From: an uncultured Verrucomicrobiae bacterium
GTDB lineage: Bacteria; Verrucomicrobiota; Verrucomicrobiia; Verrucomicrobiales; Akkermansiaceae
NCBI GenBank assembly: GCA_963841745.1
Contig: CAWJDV010000012.1
Location: 20,779-84,778, forward strand
Reading direction: 5' to 3'
Length of the DNA: 64,000 bases
Each line of letters begins with the position of its first letter. Position 1 is the first letter of the stretch. Positions 9,443-20,263 of this stretch are shown in pieces. The position numbers and the translations under genes were made by a program. The notes beneath the pieces were generated by a model. The model ran no database searches. It was not told where the DNA came from and saw only the letters and a program-made list of their open reading frames with translations.

Positions 9443-11158
9443 TCAAAGCTCCTGCTCGATGGCCTTGAGCGTGAGGAAAAGCTCCTGCCAGCGGCGGAGG
9501 CGCGGCTCGATCGCCATTTTTTCACGGGCAAGGTGGATTCTCACGGAGGTGAGAGAAGTGGCGTAATCCTGGAAAACCACCCGCAGCGCCTCTTCGTAAT
9601 CCGAATGCAGCGTGCTTGCAAATCCCCCGCAAGTGTCTAGCAGGCGGCGCTGGAAATCCGCGGTGATCGACTTGCGGGTCACCGCGGCCACTGCGATGCC
9701 GCCGATGAGGAAGGCACCGGACAAGCCGCATAAAATACCGGGCAGCCAGCTGATGCCGAGCCCACCGCAGATGGCACCGGCCGTGACTAGCAGCAGTGTC
9801 ATGAAGAGGAACGACTTGAGCGCGAGATTCCGCCGGCGCAGGTCCTTGTCGAGCTGGTTGCGGACCTTGAGATTGTCGATCCCCTGGCGAGCGGCGACGC
9901 CGAGGCGTTGGACGAAGCGTTTTTTGGCCGCAGCGAGTGTCTCATCGACCGGAGCGGCGGTGCCGAGATCCACGCCCATGGCGGCTTTCACCCGTTCGCC
10001 GAGTTCGTTCCAGTGCTTGCGGCAGAATTCGACGACTTCGACACCATCCTCTTCGGCGACGGCTTCCACGGCGGCCTGCAGGCGCTCGACGAAGATGGTT
10101 TCCATGGCGGGACCGGTGCGGTCGCCGACGAACAGCCGGAAAAACGATGGCGTCGCTCCGAGGCGGCTACGCAGTCGCTTGGAAACCCACACGGCTTCCG
10201 TCTGGAACACCTCCGCCACGCCAGCGAGATGGCGCGGCAGCCGGATCACGAAGCGCTCGCGAATATCGTCGATTTCCCGCTCGATGGTGTCGAGGAAACG
10301 GCTTTGCGCGTTGAGGGCGCTCGTTTGGTTTTCGAAACGATCCTCCACGGTGCGCAGGGCGGCGGCGGCCTGGCGGCGCCAGTCTTCGAGAACGGCCTTG
10401 CGGGCGGGTGATTCGCAAACGGTCCGGGAGATGAAACTTTCCAGCTCCGGATAGCCGCTGCGCTTGAACTGCTCGGGCACGAACGGCGTGGCACACTTCA
10501 CCTCATAGGCGGTTTTCCCGGAAACCGCGAAAATCGGCGGGACGTGGCCGATGCGCTTCACGGATAGATCCGCCATGTGGCCGAGGATCACCTTGATGTC
10601 GATGGACTCGCGCTGGTCCGCCTGTTGGATGATGAATACCACGCGCTGCAGAACTTCCGGCGAGAGTTCCGAGATGAAATTCCAAGTCGCCGCGCCCCAG
10701 GGATTCGTCACGGGAAATACAAACAGAACCAGGTCCGCGGCGGGCAGAAAGCGGGCGGTGGTTTCCTGATGCCCCTGGACGATGGAATTGGTACCCGGCG
10801 TGTCGATGAGATTGAAGTCCCGCAGAAAATCGACCGGGCGGTGGCGTTCCTCCAGCATCGGGGTGATTTCGACGTCACGCGCGGGATTTCCGTATTGATA
10901 CCAGAGCACACGGTCGGTTTCCGGCAGGATGTTCACCCGGCAGAGATCCCTGCCAAAGAGGCCGTTGATGAGGGTGGATTTCCCGGCGTTTACCTCGCCA
11001 CAGACGACGAAGAGGAAGGGCGCGCCGAGGCCCTTGTCGACTTGATCGAGGGGAAGCTGGCCGCCGAGGTCGGTGTGGGTTTCGCTGGCAAGCGAGGCGA
11101 TGCCATGAATCACATCCGCCAGGCGTTCACGCGTCGCGAAATAACGCTCGCCGAACAT
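9443..11158 (-). CDS. Dynamin-family GTPase (bacterial dynamin/LeoA/FZL-like)
   Basis: G1 VVCGEVNAGKSTLIN, G3 LIDTPGTN, helical stalk and two C-terminal TM segments. Confidence 0.85.
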   Translation of the reverse strand: MFGERYFATRERLADVIHGIASLASETHTDLGGQLPLDQVDKGLGAPFLFVVCGEVNAGKSTLINGLFGRDLCRVNILPETDRVLWYQYGNPARDVEITPMLEERHRPVDFLRDFNLIDTPGTNSIVQGHQETTARFLPAADLVLFVFPVTNPWGAATWNFISELSPEVLQRVVFIIQQADQRESIDIKVILGHMADLSVKRIGHVPPIFAVSGKTAYEVKCATPFVPEQFKRSGYPELESFISRTVCESPARKAVLEDWRRQAAAALRTVEDRFENQTSALNAQSRFLDTIEREIDDIRERFVIRLPRHLAGVAEVFQTEAVWVSKRLRSRLGATPSFFRLFVGDRTGPAMETIFVERLQAAVEAVAEEDGVEVVEFCRKHWNELGERVKAAMGVDLGTAAPVDETLAAAKKRFVQRLGVAARQGIDNLKVRNQLDKDLRRRNLALKSFLFMTLLLVTAGAICGGLGISWLPGILCGLSGAFLIGGIAVAAVTRKSITADFQRRLLDTCGGFASTLHSDYEEALRVVFQDYATSLTSVRIHLAREKMAIEPRLRRWQELFLTLKAIEQEL

Positions 11159-11192
11159 GGAATAACTCACGGGACCGGAATGGGGGCTACAC

Positions 11193-12137
11193 TCAGTAGG
11201 TGGCTGGAGCCACGGACGCCTGGGCGGTCGCCACGTCGGCCTTCATCGCCAGGAGTTGGGAAACCGTGACGAATTTGAACCCGCGGCGGAGGAGGCCGTC
11301 GAGGGTGGCCGGCATGGCGTCGACCGTCTGGGAGTGCAGGTCGTGCGCGAGCACAATGCCACCCGAGGAAGTGCCGGCGAGAATGCGTGAGGTGATGACG
11401 CCTGCACCGGGGCGCTTCCAATCGAGCGGATCGACCGACCAGAGGATGGTGGGATAACCGAACTCGGCGTGCACCAGTTCCCGCTGCCGCTGGAGCAGTC
11501 CGCCGTAGGGCGGGCGCATGGTGCGCGGCTTGACCCCGGCGGCACGGGCGATGGCATCGCTGCAGCGGCTCATTTCCTGGCGGAGTTCCGTATCCCCCAG
11601 CTTGCTGAGAAGGCGGTGGGTCTGCGAGTGGTTGCCGATTTCGTGACCTTCCGCGACGGTGCGGCGGACGACTTGCGGATAGAGATCCACGCTGCGGCCG
11701 ATGACGTAGAAGGTCGCCTTGATGTTGCGGGCACGCAGGATGTCGAGCAGGCGGGTGGTATTCTGAGGATGCGGGCCGTCGTCGAAGGTGATGGCGATGT
11801 AGTTGCCGGAAACAGGGACGCGGGTGAAGGTGATGCCGGAGCCTTTCGAGAAATTCGAGTCAAGCGACATGTCCGGGTTGCGCGGCACCGGACCTTGCAC
11901 GGTCGGGGTGCGGTAAGCGGTGTTCGACGGAGTTTTGACCGGAGCGGCGGGTGGCCGTGCTTGGGGAGCGGCGGCCTGCGGCTGAAGCGGATCCGCGGCG
12001 GCGCAGCTGGAAAGAGAGGCGGCGAGCAGCATGAACCCCCGCCGGGAAAGCCGGGAGATGCCCGATTGTTCCTGGGACTCGGCCTGGAGCGAGGCGTTGA
12101 GAAACTTGTAGCCGAGAGTGTGTAGGGGATTTTCCAT
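11193..12137 (-). CDS. Polysaccharide deacetylase (NodB/CE4 family), exported
   Basis: ITFDDGPHP, GHEIGNHSQTH, MRPPYG, WSVDPLDW, IVLAHD; Tat/lipoprotein-like leader SRRGFMLL...LSSC. Confidence 0.92.
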   Translation of the reverse strand: MENPLHTLGYKFLNASLQAESQEQSGISRLSRRGFMLLAASLSSCAAADPLQPQAAAPQARPPAAPVKTPSNTAYRTPTVQGPVPRNPDMSLDSNFSKGSGITFTRVPVSGNYIAITFDDGPHPQNTTRLLDILRARNIKATFYVIGRSVDLYPQVVRRTVAEGHEIGNHSQTHRLLSKLGDTELRQEMSRCSDAIARAAGVKPRTMRPPYGGLLQRQRELVHAEFGYPTILWSVDPLDWKRPGAGVITSRILAGTSSGGIVLAHDLHSQTVDAMPATLDGLLRRGFKFVTVSQLLAMKADVATAQASVAPATY

Positions 12138-12191
12138 AGATCTTGGATGCGGGGAGAAGCTTCGGAGAAGTTACGTAATTTGAATTTGATG

Positions 12192-13013
12192 TCACGCCTC
12201 GTTTTTCGGGAAAGTCGTCCCCTGATTGAGCGCGTGCACGGCATCGCCAGCGGCAGATCGGAAAACATAAGACAGGGAAAGGGTCTTGCCAAGGTAGGTT
12301 TTGGCGGCTTCCACCGCCCCGGGAAGTGCTTCTCCGCGGGCAAGCGCAGCGGCGATGGCGGCGGAGAGCGTGCATCCAGTGCCGTGCGATCCTGCCACGG
12401 GGATTCTCGCCGCGAGGAAGCGGTGGACTTCTCCGCCGTCCACCAGGAGATCAAGGCATTCCGGCCCGTCGAGATGGCCGCCTTTTAGCAGGACCGCGGT
12501 TCCGAACATTTCCGCGAGCCGCCGGGCAGCTGGTTCCAACGCGGACACGTCCGGGATTTTTTCCCCGAGCAGTGTTTCCGCCTCGGGCAGGTTCGGAGTG
12601 ATCACCCGTGCGAGCGGCAGCAGCAGCTCGCGGTAGGTGGCGATCGCATCCGGTTCGAGCAGGGAAGCGCCGGTCGAGGCGATCATCACCGGATCCACCA
12701 CCAGCGGGATTTGAGGAAATCTCCGTAGAATTTCCGCGACCGCCCCCACGTGCGCGGCGGAAAAAAGCATGCCGGTCTTGATTGCCGCCACCGGGAAACT
12801 CTCCAGCAGCAGCGACACTTGGTCAGCCACGATTTCCACCGGCACCGGGTGCACGGCGCGCACGATGTTGGCCGTTTCCGAGACCACGCAAGTCACCGCG
12901 GTAAGGCCGTGGACTTGAAAATGTTGGAACGTTTTCAAATCCGCCTGAATCCCGGCTCCCGCCGAGCAATCCGAGCCTGCGATCGTCAACGCCACGGGAA
13001 TCTCATTCGTCAT
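12192..13013 (-). CDS. thiD: Hydroxymethylpyrimidine/phosphomethylpyrimidine kinase
   Basis: LTIAGSDCSAGAGIQADLKTF, IKTGML, VVDPVM, TPNLPEA, KGGH, HGTGCTLSAAIAA. Confidence 0.95.
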   Translation of the reverse strand: MTNEIPVALTIAGSDCSAGAGIQADLKTFQHFQVHGLTAVTCVVSETANIVRAVHPVPVEIVADQVSLLLESFPVAAIKTGMLFSAAHVGAVAEILRRFPQIPLVVDPVMIASTGASLLEPDAIATYRELLLPLARVITPNLPEAETLLGEKIPDVSALEPAARRLAEMFGTAVLLKGGHLDGPECLDLLVDGGEVHRFLAARIPVAGSHGTGCTLSAAIAAALARGEALPGAVEAAKTYLGKTLSLSYVFRSAAGDAVHALNQGTTFPKNEA

Positions 13014-13132
13014 GCCGTTGTGATAGCGTGCGGACGCGACCGGGCAATGACTGAATCCACGGCTCTCCGGGCAGCGCATTTACGAGGGATTCGACTTGCG
13101 ATGAGGCTGTCACAGCGACCAGCATCCCCAAC

Positions 13133-14480
13133 GTGACCCCCGCCCTTACCCCCGAGCTCGAAAACCTGTTTTCGTTTCTTCGCTTCCCGAGCATCTCCAC
13201 GGACTCCAGCCACAACGCCGACGTCCGGGCTTGCGCGGAGTGGCTGACCGCGAAACTCGCGGGCATGGGCCTGGCCACGGAGCTGCACGAAACCGCAAAA
13301 CACCCGATCGTCGTCGCGAGAAACGAGCACCTCGCCGGCCGCCGGACCGTTCTCATCTACGGGCACTACGACGTGCAGCCGGTCGATCCGTTGTCCCTGT
13401 GGACGAGCGCCCCATTCGAACCTGTCATCCGCGACGGAAAAATCTGGGCTCGCGGTGCCACCGACAACAAGGGCCAGATGATGACGCACGTGCTCGGCGT
13501 CGAGAAGACGCTGCGTGAAAACAAGGAGCTGCCGGTAAATCTGATTTTCCTGTTCGAAGGCGAGGAGGAAATCGGCAGCCCGAATCTCGCCTCATTCCTG
13601 CTCCATCATTGCGATGAATTGAAGTGCGACGTCATCGCCATTTCCGACACCGGCATGGTCGCTCCCGGCGTGCCCACGCTCGGCTACGGCCTGCGCGGCA
13701 TCGCTTGCTGCGAGGTCATCCTGCGCGGCCCGAAGAGCGACCTCCACTCCGGCCTCTTCGGCGGCGCGGTGGCGAATCCCGCCACCGCCATGGCACGGCT
13801 CATTTCCAGCCTGCACGCGCTCGACGGGCGGATTTCCATCGAGGGATTCTACGATCAAGTCCGTCCGTTGGAACCGTGGGAACGGGAAATGTGGTCAAAG
13901 GTCCCCGGCGTCAGTGACGCGGATTTCCTAGCAGTCACCGGATCGCCCGGCCTCTATGGCGAGCCCGGTTATTCCTCCGCCGAGCGCACCTGGGCACGAC
14001 CGACCGCCGAGGTGAACGGCATCGGCGGCGGCTATCAGGGAGAAGGCTCGAAGACCGTGCTGCCCTCGGAAGCGTTCGCCAAACTCTCCTTCCGCCTCGT
14101 CCCGGATCAAAGCCCCAAGGACATCATGGAAAAAGTCCAAAGCCACTTGGAATGGCATTGCCCGCCCGGTGTCGAGGTCGAAGTCCGTGTCGGCCACGAT
14201 GGAAAACCCTACGTCACCGATCCCAACTCGAAATTCGGCCTCGCCGCGCAAAACGCGCTCCGCGCCGCTTTCGCAGCCGAGCCCGTGCTCATCCGCGAGG
14301 GCGGCAGCATCCCCATCGTGCAGACCTTCCGCGACATCCTCGGCGCGGACACCCTGCTGCTCGGCCTGGCCCTGTCCGACGCCCAGATCCACGCTCCTAA
14401 CGAGAATTTTCCAGTCGAGAATTTCGAAGCCGGCATCAAGCTGAACCAGGCGCTGCTCAAGGAACTCGCTCGTCTAACTT
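13133..14480 (+). CDS. M20 family dipeptidase (CNDP-like); the stop appears lost, so the ORF reads through to 14635
   Basis: YGHYDVQP, ARGATDNKGQ, EGEEEIGSP, DLHSG, GGSIP, HAPNENF. Similarity ends at LLKELARL, just before the glnS ATG. Confidence 0.9.
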
Positions 14481-14484
14481 CCCA

Positions 14485-16170
14485 ATGTCCGATCCCACCA
14501 CTCCCAAGCTCGACTTCATCCGCGAGATCATCGCGGATGACCTCGCCACCGGCAAACACGCCACCACCATCACCCGCTTCCCGCCGGAACCTAACGGATA
14601 TCTCCATGTCGGCCACGCCAAGTCGATCTGCCTGAACTTCGGCATCGCCCTGGAAAACGCCGGCAGCGGAGCGAAGTGCCATCTCCGCTTCGACGACACG
14701 AACCCCGAGAAGGAGGAAACCGAATACGTCGAGAGCATCAAGGCGGACGTGAAATGGCTCGGCTTCGACTGGGGCAGCGACCTCTATTTCGCCAGCGATT
14801 ACTTCACGTTTTTCCACGACTGCGCCATCCACCTCATCAAGGAGGGCAAGGCCTATGTGGAAACCCAGTCGGCCGAGGAAATGCGCACCAACCGCGGCAA
14901 TCTCACCACCCCCGGCACCCCCTCCCCCGGCCGGTCGCGGAGTGTGGAGGAGAACCTCGACCTCTTCGCCCGGATGAAAGCCGGCGAGTTCAAGGAAGGC
15001 GAGTGCGTGTTGCGCGCCAAGATCGACCTCGCATCCTCGAACATGAATCTGCGCGATCCCGTGCTCTATCGGATCATGCATGCCCACCACCACAACACCG
15101 GCGACGCGTGGTGCATCTATCCGATGTATGACTTCGCACACCCGCTGGAGGACGCGCACGAGCACATCACCCACTCGCTCTGCACGCTGGAGTTCGAGAA
15201 CCACCGCCCGCTTTACGACTGGTTCATCGAAAATTGCCCGGTGCCGTCGAAACCGCGGCAAATCGAGTTCGCCCGGCTCAATCTGAGTTACACCATCATG
15301 AGCAAGCGCAAGCTGCTCGAACTCGTGCAGGGCGGCCACGTCGGCGGTTGGAACGACCCGCGCCTGCCCACGATTTCCGGCATGCGCCGCCGCGGCTATC
15401 CGCCGGAAGCGGTGGTGCATTTCTGCAAGCGCGTCGGCATCACCAAGTTCAACGGCACCACGGATGTCGCGCTGTTGGAGTTCGACATCCGGGATTTCCT
15501 CAACCACTCCGCGCCGCGTCGCATGGCCGTGCTGGATCCGGTGAAGGTGGTTCTTGAAAACTGGTCCGCCGAGCCGCTCGCCACCGTGGAAGTTCCTAAC
15601 CACCCGCAGAACCCGGACATGGGCGACCGCCACATCCCGATTTCCAACGAGGTCTGGATCGAGCGCGAGGATTTCATGGAAGTGCCCGAGAAGAAATTTT
15701 TCCGCCTCGGCCCAGACCGCCACGTCCGGCTCAAGGGGGCCAACATCATCCGCTGCACGGGCTTTGAAAAAGACGCCGACGGCCAAATCTCCCTGATCCG
15801 TGCGGAACTCCTGCCCGGCACCATCGGCGTCGATACGCCGGAAGGCGTCGTCTGCAAGGCCGCGATCCACTGGGTGGATGTCGCCACCGGCGTCGATGCC
15901 GAAGTCCGCATTTACGACCGCCTTTTCACCGAAGAAGACCCGGACGGCGCGGAAGGCGGATTCCTTTCCGTGATCAATCCAGATTCACTGAAAACGGTCA
16001 CCGCCAAGATCGAGCCGGCGCTCGCCGAGGTGGAACCCGGTTTTTCCTGCCAGTTTGACCGCCTCGGTTACTTTATCGCCGATGCCATCGACCACCAACC
16101 CGGCACGAAACCCGTCTTCAACCGCACCGTGGCGCTCAAGGATTCGTGGGTGAAAAAGGGCGGCAGATAG
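14485..16170 (+). CDS. glnS: Glutamine--tRNA ligase
   Basis: TRFPPEPNGYLHVGHAKSI (HIGH), YPMYDFAH, SLCTLEF, MSKRKL (KMSKS-type), FNRTVALKD. Confidence 0.97.
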   Translation: MSDPTTPKLDFIREIIADDLATGKHATTITRFPPEPNGYLHVGHAKSICLNFGIALENAGSGAKCHLRFDDTNPEKEETEYVESIKADVKWLGFDWGSDLYFASDYFTFFHDCAIHLIKEGKAYVETQSAEEMRTNRGNLTTPGTPSPGRSRSVEENLDLFARMKAGEFKEGECVLRAKIDLASSNMNLRDPVLYRIMHAHHHNTGDAWCIYPMYDFAHPLEDAHEHITHSLCTLEFENHRPLYDWFIENCPVPSKPRQIEFARLNLSYTIMSKRKLLELVQGGHVGGWNDPRLPTISGMRRRGYPPEAVVHFCKRVGITKFNGTTDVALLEFDIRDFLNHSAPRRMAVLDPVKVVLENWSAEPLATVEVPNHPQNPDMGDRHIPISNEVWIEREDFMEVPEKKFFRLGPDRHVRLKGANIIRCTGFEKDADGQISLIRAELLPGTIGVDTPEGVVCKAAIHWVDVATGVDAEVRIYDRLFTEEDPDGAEGGFLSVINPDSLKTVTAKIEPALAEVEPGFSCQFDRLGYFIADAIDHQPGTKPVFNRTVALKDSWVKKGGR

Positions 16171-16180
16171 ATTGTTTGCA

Positions 16181-16825
16181 ATGACCCTACCACCTAACGA
16201 CGAACCCTGGCCTTCAAGATTCCTCCATCTGCTCGGCCTGCACGCCGTCGAGGACGCGGCGCACAATCCCATGCACATCCGCCGCGTGGTCACCAACGCC
16301 AGGCGGCTCACCGATGCCGAGGGCGCGGATTGGCTCGTCGTCATGCCCGCAGCGTGGCTGCACGATTGCGTGATCATTCCAAAATCCTCCCCCGACCGCA
16401 GCCGCGCCTCGCAGCTTGCGGCGAAGCAAGCTGTCGCGTGGCTGGAGGACCTGGAATGGCCGCATGGACGGCTGGATGAAATCGCCCATGCCATTGAAGC
16501 GCACAGTTACACCGCCGGCATCGCTCCGGAAACGCTGGAAGCGAAGGTTCTGCAAGACGCCGACCGCCTCGACGCGCTCGGAGCAGTCGGACTGGCACGC
16601 ACCCTGATGTTAGGAGCCGAACTGAAACGGGAGTTTTACGATGCAGTCGACCCGTTCTGCCATTCAAGGGAAGCGGACGACTCGGTTTTCACCCTGGATC
16701 ACCTTTACTGCAAGTTGCTCAAACTTGAAGACACCATGCAGACTGCGAGCGGCAGAATCGAGGCCCGGCAACGCACCGCCTACCTGCGTGGTTTTTTGGA
16801 CCAACTCGAGGGAGAAATCGCCTGA
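16181..16825 (+). CDS. HD domain phosphohydrolase (YedJ-like)
   Basis: AHNPMHIRRV, AAWLHDC, AIEAHSY, QDADRLDALGAVG. Confidence 0.9.
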   Translation: MTLPPNDEPWPSRFLHLLGLHAVEDAAHNPMHIRRVVTNARRLTDAEGADWLVVMPAAWLHDCVIIPKSSPDRSRASQLAAKQAVAWLEDLEWPHGRLDEIAHAIEAHSYTAGIAPETLEAKVLQDADRLDALGAVGLARTLMLGAELKREFYDAVDPFCHSREADDSVFTLDHLYCKLLKLEDTMQTASGRIEARQRTAYLRGFLDQLEGEIA

Positions 16826-16839
16826 TTCGGGCTCAAGTT

Positions 16840-17082
16840 TCAAGTCGTCGAGCGGTCCCGGATCGCGTCATAGACATACCAGTCCTCCAGCTTTTTCCTC
16901 GCCCACGGATTTTTCCGCAGGAACGTGAGACTCGACTTGATCGTCGGATCGAACATGAAACAGCGGATGGGTATCTGATCCGCCATGCGTTCCCAGCCGT
17001 GCCGGTCCACCACCGCCCGCAACACCGTTTCAAGGGTGACTCCGTGCAGGGGATCGTTCGGATGCGAGGAAGGCGATGTCAT
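16840..17082 (-). CDS. VF530/DUF2132 family small DNA-binding protein
   Basis: NDPLHGVTLE...GWE...IRCF..DPTIKSSLTFLRKNPWARKKLE. Confidence 0.9.
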   Translation of the reverse strand: MTSPSSHPNDPLHGVTLETVLRAVVDRHGWERMADQIPIRCFMFDPTIKSSLTFLRKNPWARKKLEDWYVYDAIRDRSTT

Positions 17083-17189
17083 GACGGCCGCAGGCTAGCC
17101 GCCCCGGGCGCGGGAGTCGAGGCAATGTAAGCTTGCGAGGAATCCTCCCGTTGACAAACATCGACTGGCCACAGCGACGCCAAAATCCG

Positions 17190-17963
17190 ATGAAATCCAG
17201 CCGGCTTCCCCAGATCACGACTTGGCTCCTGCTGGCGTTTTTCTATCTGCCCATCGGCGTGCTGATCCTCAATTCGTTCAATGCTTCACGCTACGGCACC
17301 GGCTGGCAGGGATTCACGCTGAAGTGGTACGAGCGGCTGTGGGAGCGCGAGGACCTGTGGGCGGCTCTTGGAAACTCATTGAAAGTCGCCGCGGCTGCCA
17401 GCGTCGGCGCGATGATCCTAGGCACCTGCGCGGCCTTCGCCTTGCATCGTTTCAAATCCCGCCTGCAAACGACCCATCAACTGCTGGTCACGGTGCCGCT
17501 CGTCCTGCCGGAAATCCTGATGGGCATGAGCTTGCTGTTGTTATTTGTGGCCGTCGGCCAGCCGCTGGGTCTCGTCACGGTGGCGCTCGCGCACGTGACG
17601 TTTTGCATCAGCTACGTCACTCTGGTGGTGATGGCGCGGCTGCAGGATTTCGATTTCCAAATCGTCGATGCCGCGCGCGATCTCGGTGCCACCCGCTTCC
17701 AGGCGTTCCGGAAAATCGTGCTGCCCTTGCTCGCCCCCGGTATCTTCGCCGGCGGATTGCTCGCGTTCACGCTCTCCATTGATGACTTCGTGGTCACGTT
17801 TTTCGTCAAAGGCCCCGGCGCGGACACGCTCCCCGTGGTGATTTACAGCATGATCAAGAAAAGCCGCGAGTTCCCGGTGATCAACGCACTGAGCACGCTG
17901 CTCTTGATCGTCACCTTCGTGGTGGTCTGGGGCTCGCAGCGGCTGACGGCGAAGAAGCTGTGA
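17190..17963 (+). CDS. potC: Polyamine ABC transporter permease (PotC-like)
   Basis: FFYLPI...SFN...WQGFTLKWY, EAA-type loop DAARDLGA, FTLSIDDFVV, INALST. Confidence 0.85.
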   Translation: MKSSRLPQITTWLLLAFFYLPIGVLILNSFNASRYGTGWQGFTLKWYERLWEREDLWAALGNSLKVAAAASVGAMILGTCAAFALHRFKSRLQTTHQLLVTVPLVLPEILMGMSLLLLFVAVGQPLGLVTVALAHVTFCISYVTLVVMARLQDFDFQIVDAARDLGATRFQAFRKIVLPLLAPGIFAGGLLAFTLSIDDFVVTFFVKGPGADTLPVVIYSMIKKSREFPVINALSTLLLIVTFVVVWGSQRLTAKKL

Positions 17964-17970
17964 ACGTTGT

Positions 17971-19563
17971 CTATTTCGGCAGCTTGATTTCCGGCGCGTC
18001 GGTTAGTTCGATGCTGGTGTCGAGGTTCTTCAGCTTCACCTTGAAATCAAACAGATCCGTCCGCCGGTCGAGACGCGGGGTGACGGATCCCGATGCCCGC
18101 GACCGATAGAGATCACCGGTATCGATGTCGGTGACTAACAATGTTTCCACGTTGGAATCAGCGATCGCCTGGATGCCGTCGCGGGCGAACTCGAAATCGG
18201 ACGGTGTGAACACCGCTGCCTGGCCGTAGTGGATGTCCATCGCGGGCACACTCGGCAGATTGCCGATAACGCCCGCGGTGGCGACGAAGATCTGGTTCTC
18301 GATCGCACGCGCCTGGGCGCAGTAGCGGACGCGGAGCTGGGCGTGGCGGTCGTCGCAGCAATACGGCACGAACAGGATGTCCACACCTTGGTCCGCGAGG
18401 TAGCGGGTGGCTTCGGGGAACTCGACATCATAACAGATTTGCACCGCGATCTTCGCTTTCGGCGTGGGCAGGACGATCAGTTCGCTGCCGCCGGAAATGC
18501 CCCAGTAGCGTTTCTCCGACGGAGTGATGTGCAGTTTCGGCTGGGCGATGTAGCGGCCCTCCGGATCGAAAATCAGGCACTTGTTATAAAGCTCGCCGTC
18601 CTCCTCGATCGGGTGGCTGCCGCCGATGATGTAGAGGCCGTATTTCTGGGAGAGGCCCGACATCAGCTCAATGAAGGGGACGGTGAAATCCGTCGACAAG
18701 CGGCGGATGCCCTGGATTGATGACAGCGGCTCAATGAAGGAAAGCAGCTGCACCGTGAAGAACTCGGGAAACAGCACGAAGTCCGAGCGGTAGTCCGCGG
18801 CCGTTTCCACGAAGTATTCCACCTGGTTGGCGAAGTCCTCGAAGCTGTCGATTTTCCGCACCTGGTATTGCACGCAGGCGATGCGGACTTTCGACGATGG
18901 CTCTGTTTCGACGTAGTCCGGATTGAGCCACTCGATAAGGCTTGCGTGGTTGAGGCTCACCGGATCGGTGATGTAGTTGCGCAGGATGCCGCGGGCGACG
19001 AAGCCTTCGCGCAGCTGGAAACTCAGCACATGGTCGCGGATCTCGCCGTCCTTGACCTTTTGCACATACTCTTCGGGTGTTAGCTCCGCGGCCATCGCGG
19101 CATAACCCGCAAGCCTGCCACCGGCGAGGATGCGCCGCAGGTTGAGCCGTTTGCAAAGGACCCGCCGGGCTTCATACAGCGCCGCGCCGATGCCCTTTCC
19201 CTGTTCGTCGGGATCGACGTAGACATCCGCGCCGTAGAGCGTGTCGCCGCTCGGATCATGATTGTGGAAATAGCCGCCATCAGTGATGCCGGCGTAGGTG
19301 TGCTGGCGATAGGGATCGCGGTCCGCCTTGACGATGAGCGACGCGACCGCACCGACGATGCGGCCGTTGATCACCGCGACAAGTTGCCCGGCGGGGAAAA
19401 CTTTCAGGTGATTGTGCAGCTGGCGGACGCTCCACACGACGTTCTCCTCGCTCAACAGCGGAAAGGCCCTGCTGTTCAGCTCGATGAGGCGGGGGAAATC
19501 CTCGGGTTCGGCCTGTCGGATGAGCACTTCTCCGGCTTTGCTTTGATAGGTGGAAGGTTCCAT
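17971..19563 (-). CDS. Bifunctional GNAT acetyltransferase / carbon-nitrogen hydrolase
   Basis: N-terminal GNAT (FPAGQLVA, HDPSGDTLYGADVYVDP..QGKGIG) plus nitrilase triad motifs LFPEFF, QPKLHITP, ICYDVEFPE. Confidence 0.92.
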   Translation of the reverse strand: MEPSTYQSKAGEVLIRQAEPEDFPRLIELNSRAFPLLSEENVVWSVRQLHNHLKVFPAGQLVAVINGRIVGAVASLIVKADRDPYRQHTYAGITDGGYFHNHDPSGDTLYGADVYVDPDEQGKGIGAALYEARRVLCKRLNLRRILAGGRLAGYAAMAAELTPEEYVQKVKDGEIRDHVLSFQLREGFVARGILRNYITDPVSLNHASLIEWLNPDYVETEPSSKVRIACVQYQVRKIDSFEDFANQVEYFVETAADYRSDFVLFPEFFTVQLLSFIEPLSSIQGIRRLSTDFTVPFIELMSGLSQKYGLYIIGGSHPIEEDGELYNKCLIFDPEGRYIAQPKLHITPSEKRYWGISGGSELIVLPTPKAKIAVQICYDVEFPEATRYLADQGVDILFVPYCCDDRHAQLRVRYCAQARAIENQIFVATAGVIGNLPSVPAMDIHYGQAAVFTPSDFEFARDGIQAIADSNVETLLVTDIDTGDLYRSRASGSVTPRLDRRTDLFDFKVKLKNLDTSIELTDAPEIKLPK

Positions 19564-19796
19564 GGCCCAAGTCTCCCGAGAATCGCCACCGGGTCAAGCG
19601 GCCCCAGCCCTCTTTCAGTCGCCGCCCTACCAGCAGACCGAGGCCTCATCATCAAGCCGGATTTCCTGCAACCCGTTCACATTCTTGAAGACATGACGCA
19701 CATTTTGCGGACAATCCATTTTCCGATCTTTAGTCGCATCGCTTTTAATTTCCATAAACCACTCATTATAAGGGATTATTACCTATTGAAGGCAAT

Positions 19797-19813
19797 TGGG
19801 CACACAACCTGCG
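19797..19813 (+). promoter_or_regulatory. Sigma-54 (-24/-12) promoter candidate
   Basis: tGGGCACacaaccTGCg has GG-N10-GC spacing and is preceded by an AT-rich tract. Confidence 0.5.
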
Positions 19814-20263
19814 ATCATAATCAACGAGCATGATCCATCTACCAAGAATCCTTCTGGTCCGTCTGAGTTGACCGAATGAATCGACTCACCGTTTTACATC
19901 GAACTTCAAACCGTCGTGAAATCCTCGACCCCTAAAAAGCTGGAAACCGTTCCTTGCAACATCATCTTCTTTCCCAGCCATCTCTGCCGGAACGTCGGGG
20001 GCGCCCGCAAATTGACCGCACGGGTTCCGCAAGCGGCCGGGCTCAGCGCTTTGAGGCTCCCACGGCGTCCCGCGCAATCTCCGGACGAAGTACGGGGACT
20101 CTTCGCTGAGACCCGTGAGATCCTCGTCAGGCGTTCCGGAGTCGAGGCAATCATGGCGGCACCCTGCCGGGAGTTCTCCGCAACACTTCTATCCGAACCA
20201 TCCCGCGCGCTGCAACAAGGGGACTCGTTCGCAGCCGTCGTGAAATCTCCGAACCGCAATTCC

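Noticed and set aside
14481-14635. Apparent 150-bp overlap of the dipeptidase with glnS
   Set aside because: The extension is a low-complexity alternative frame of glnS; a lost stop from an indel is more likely.
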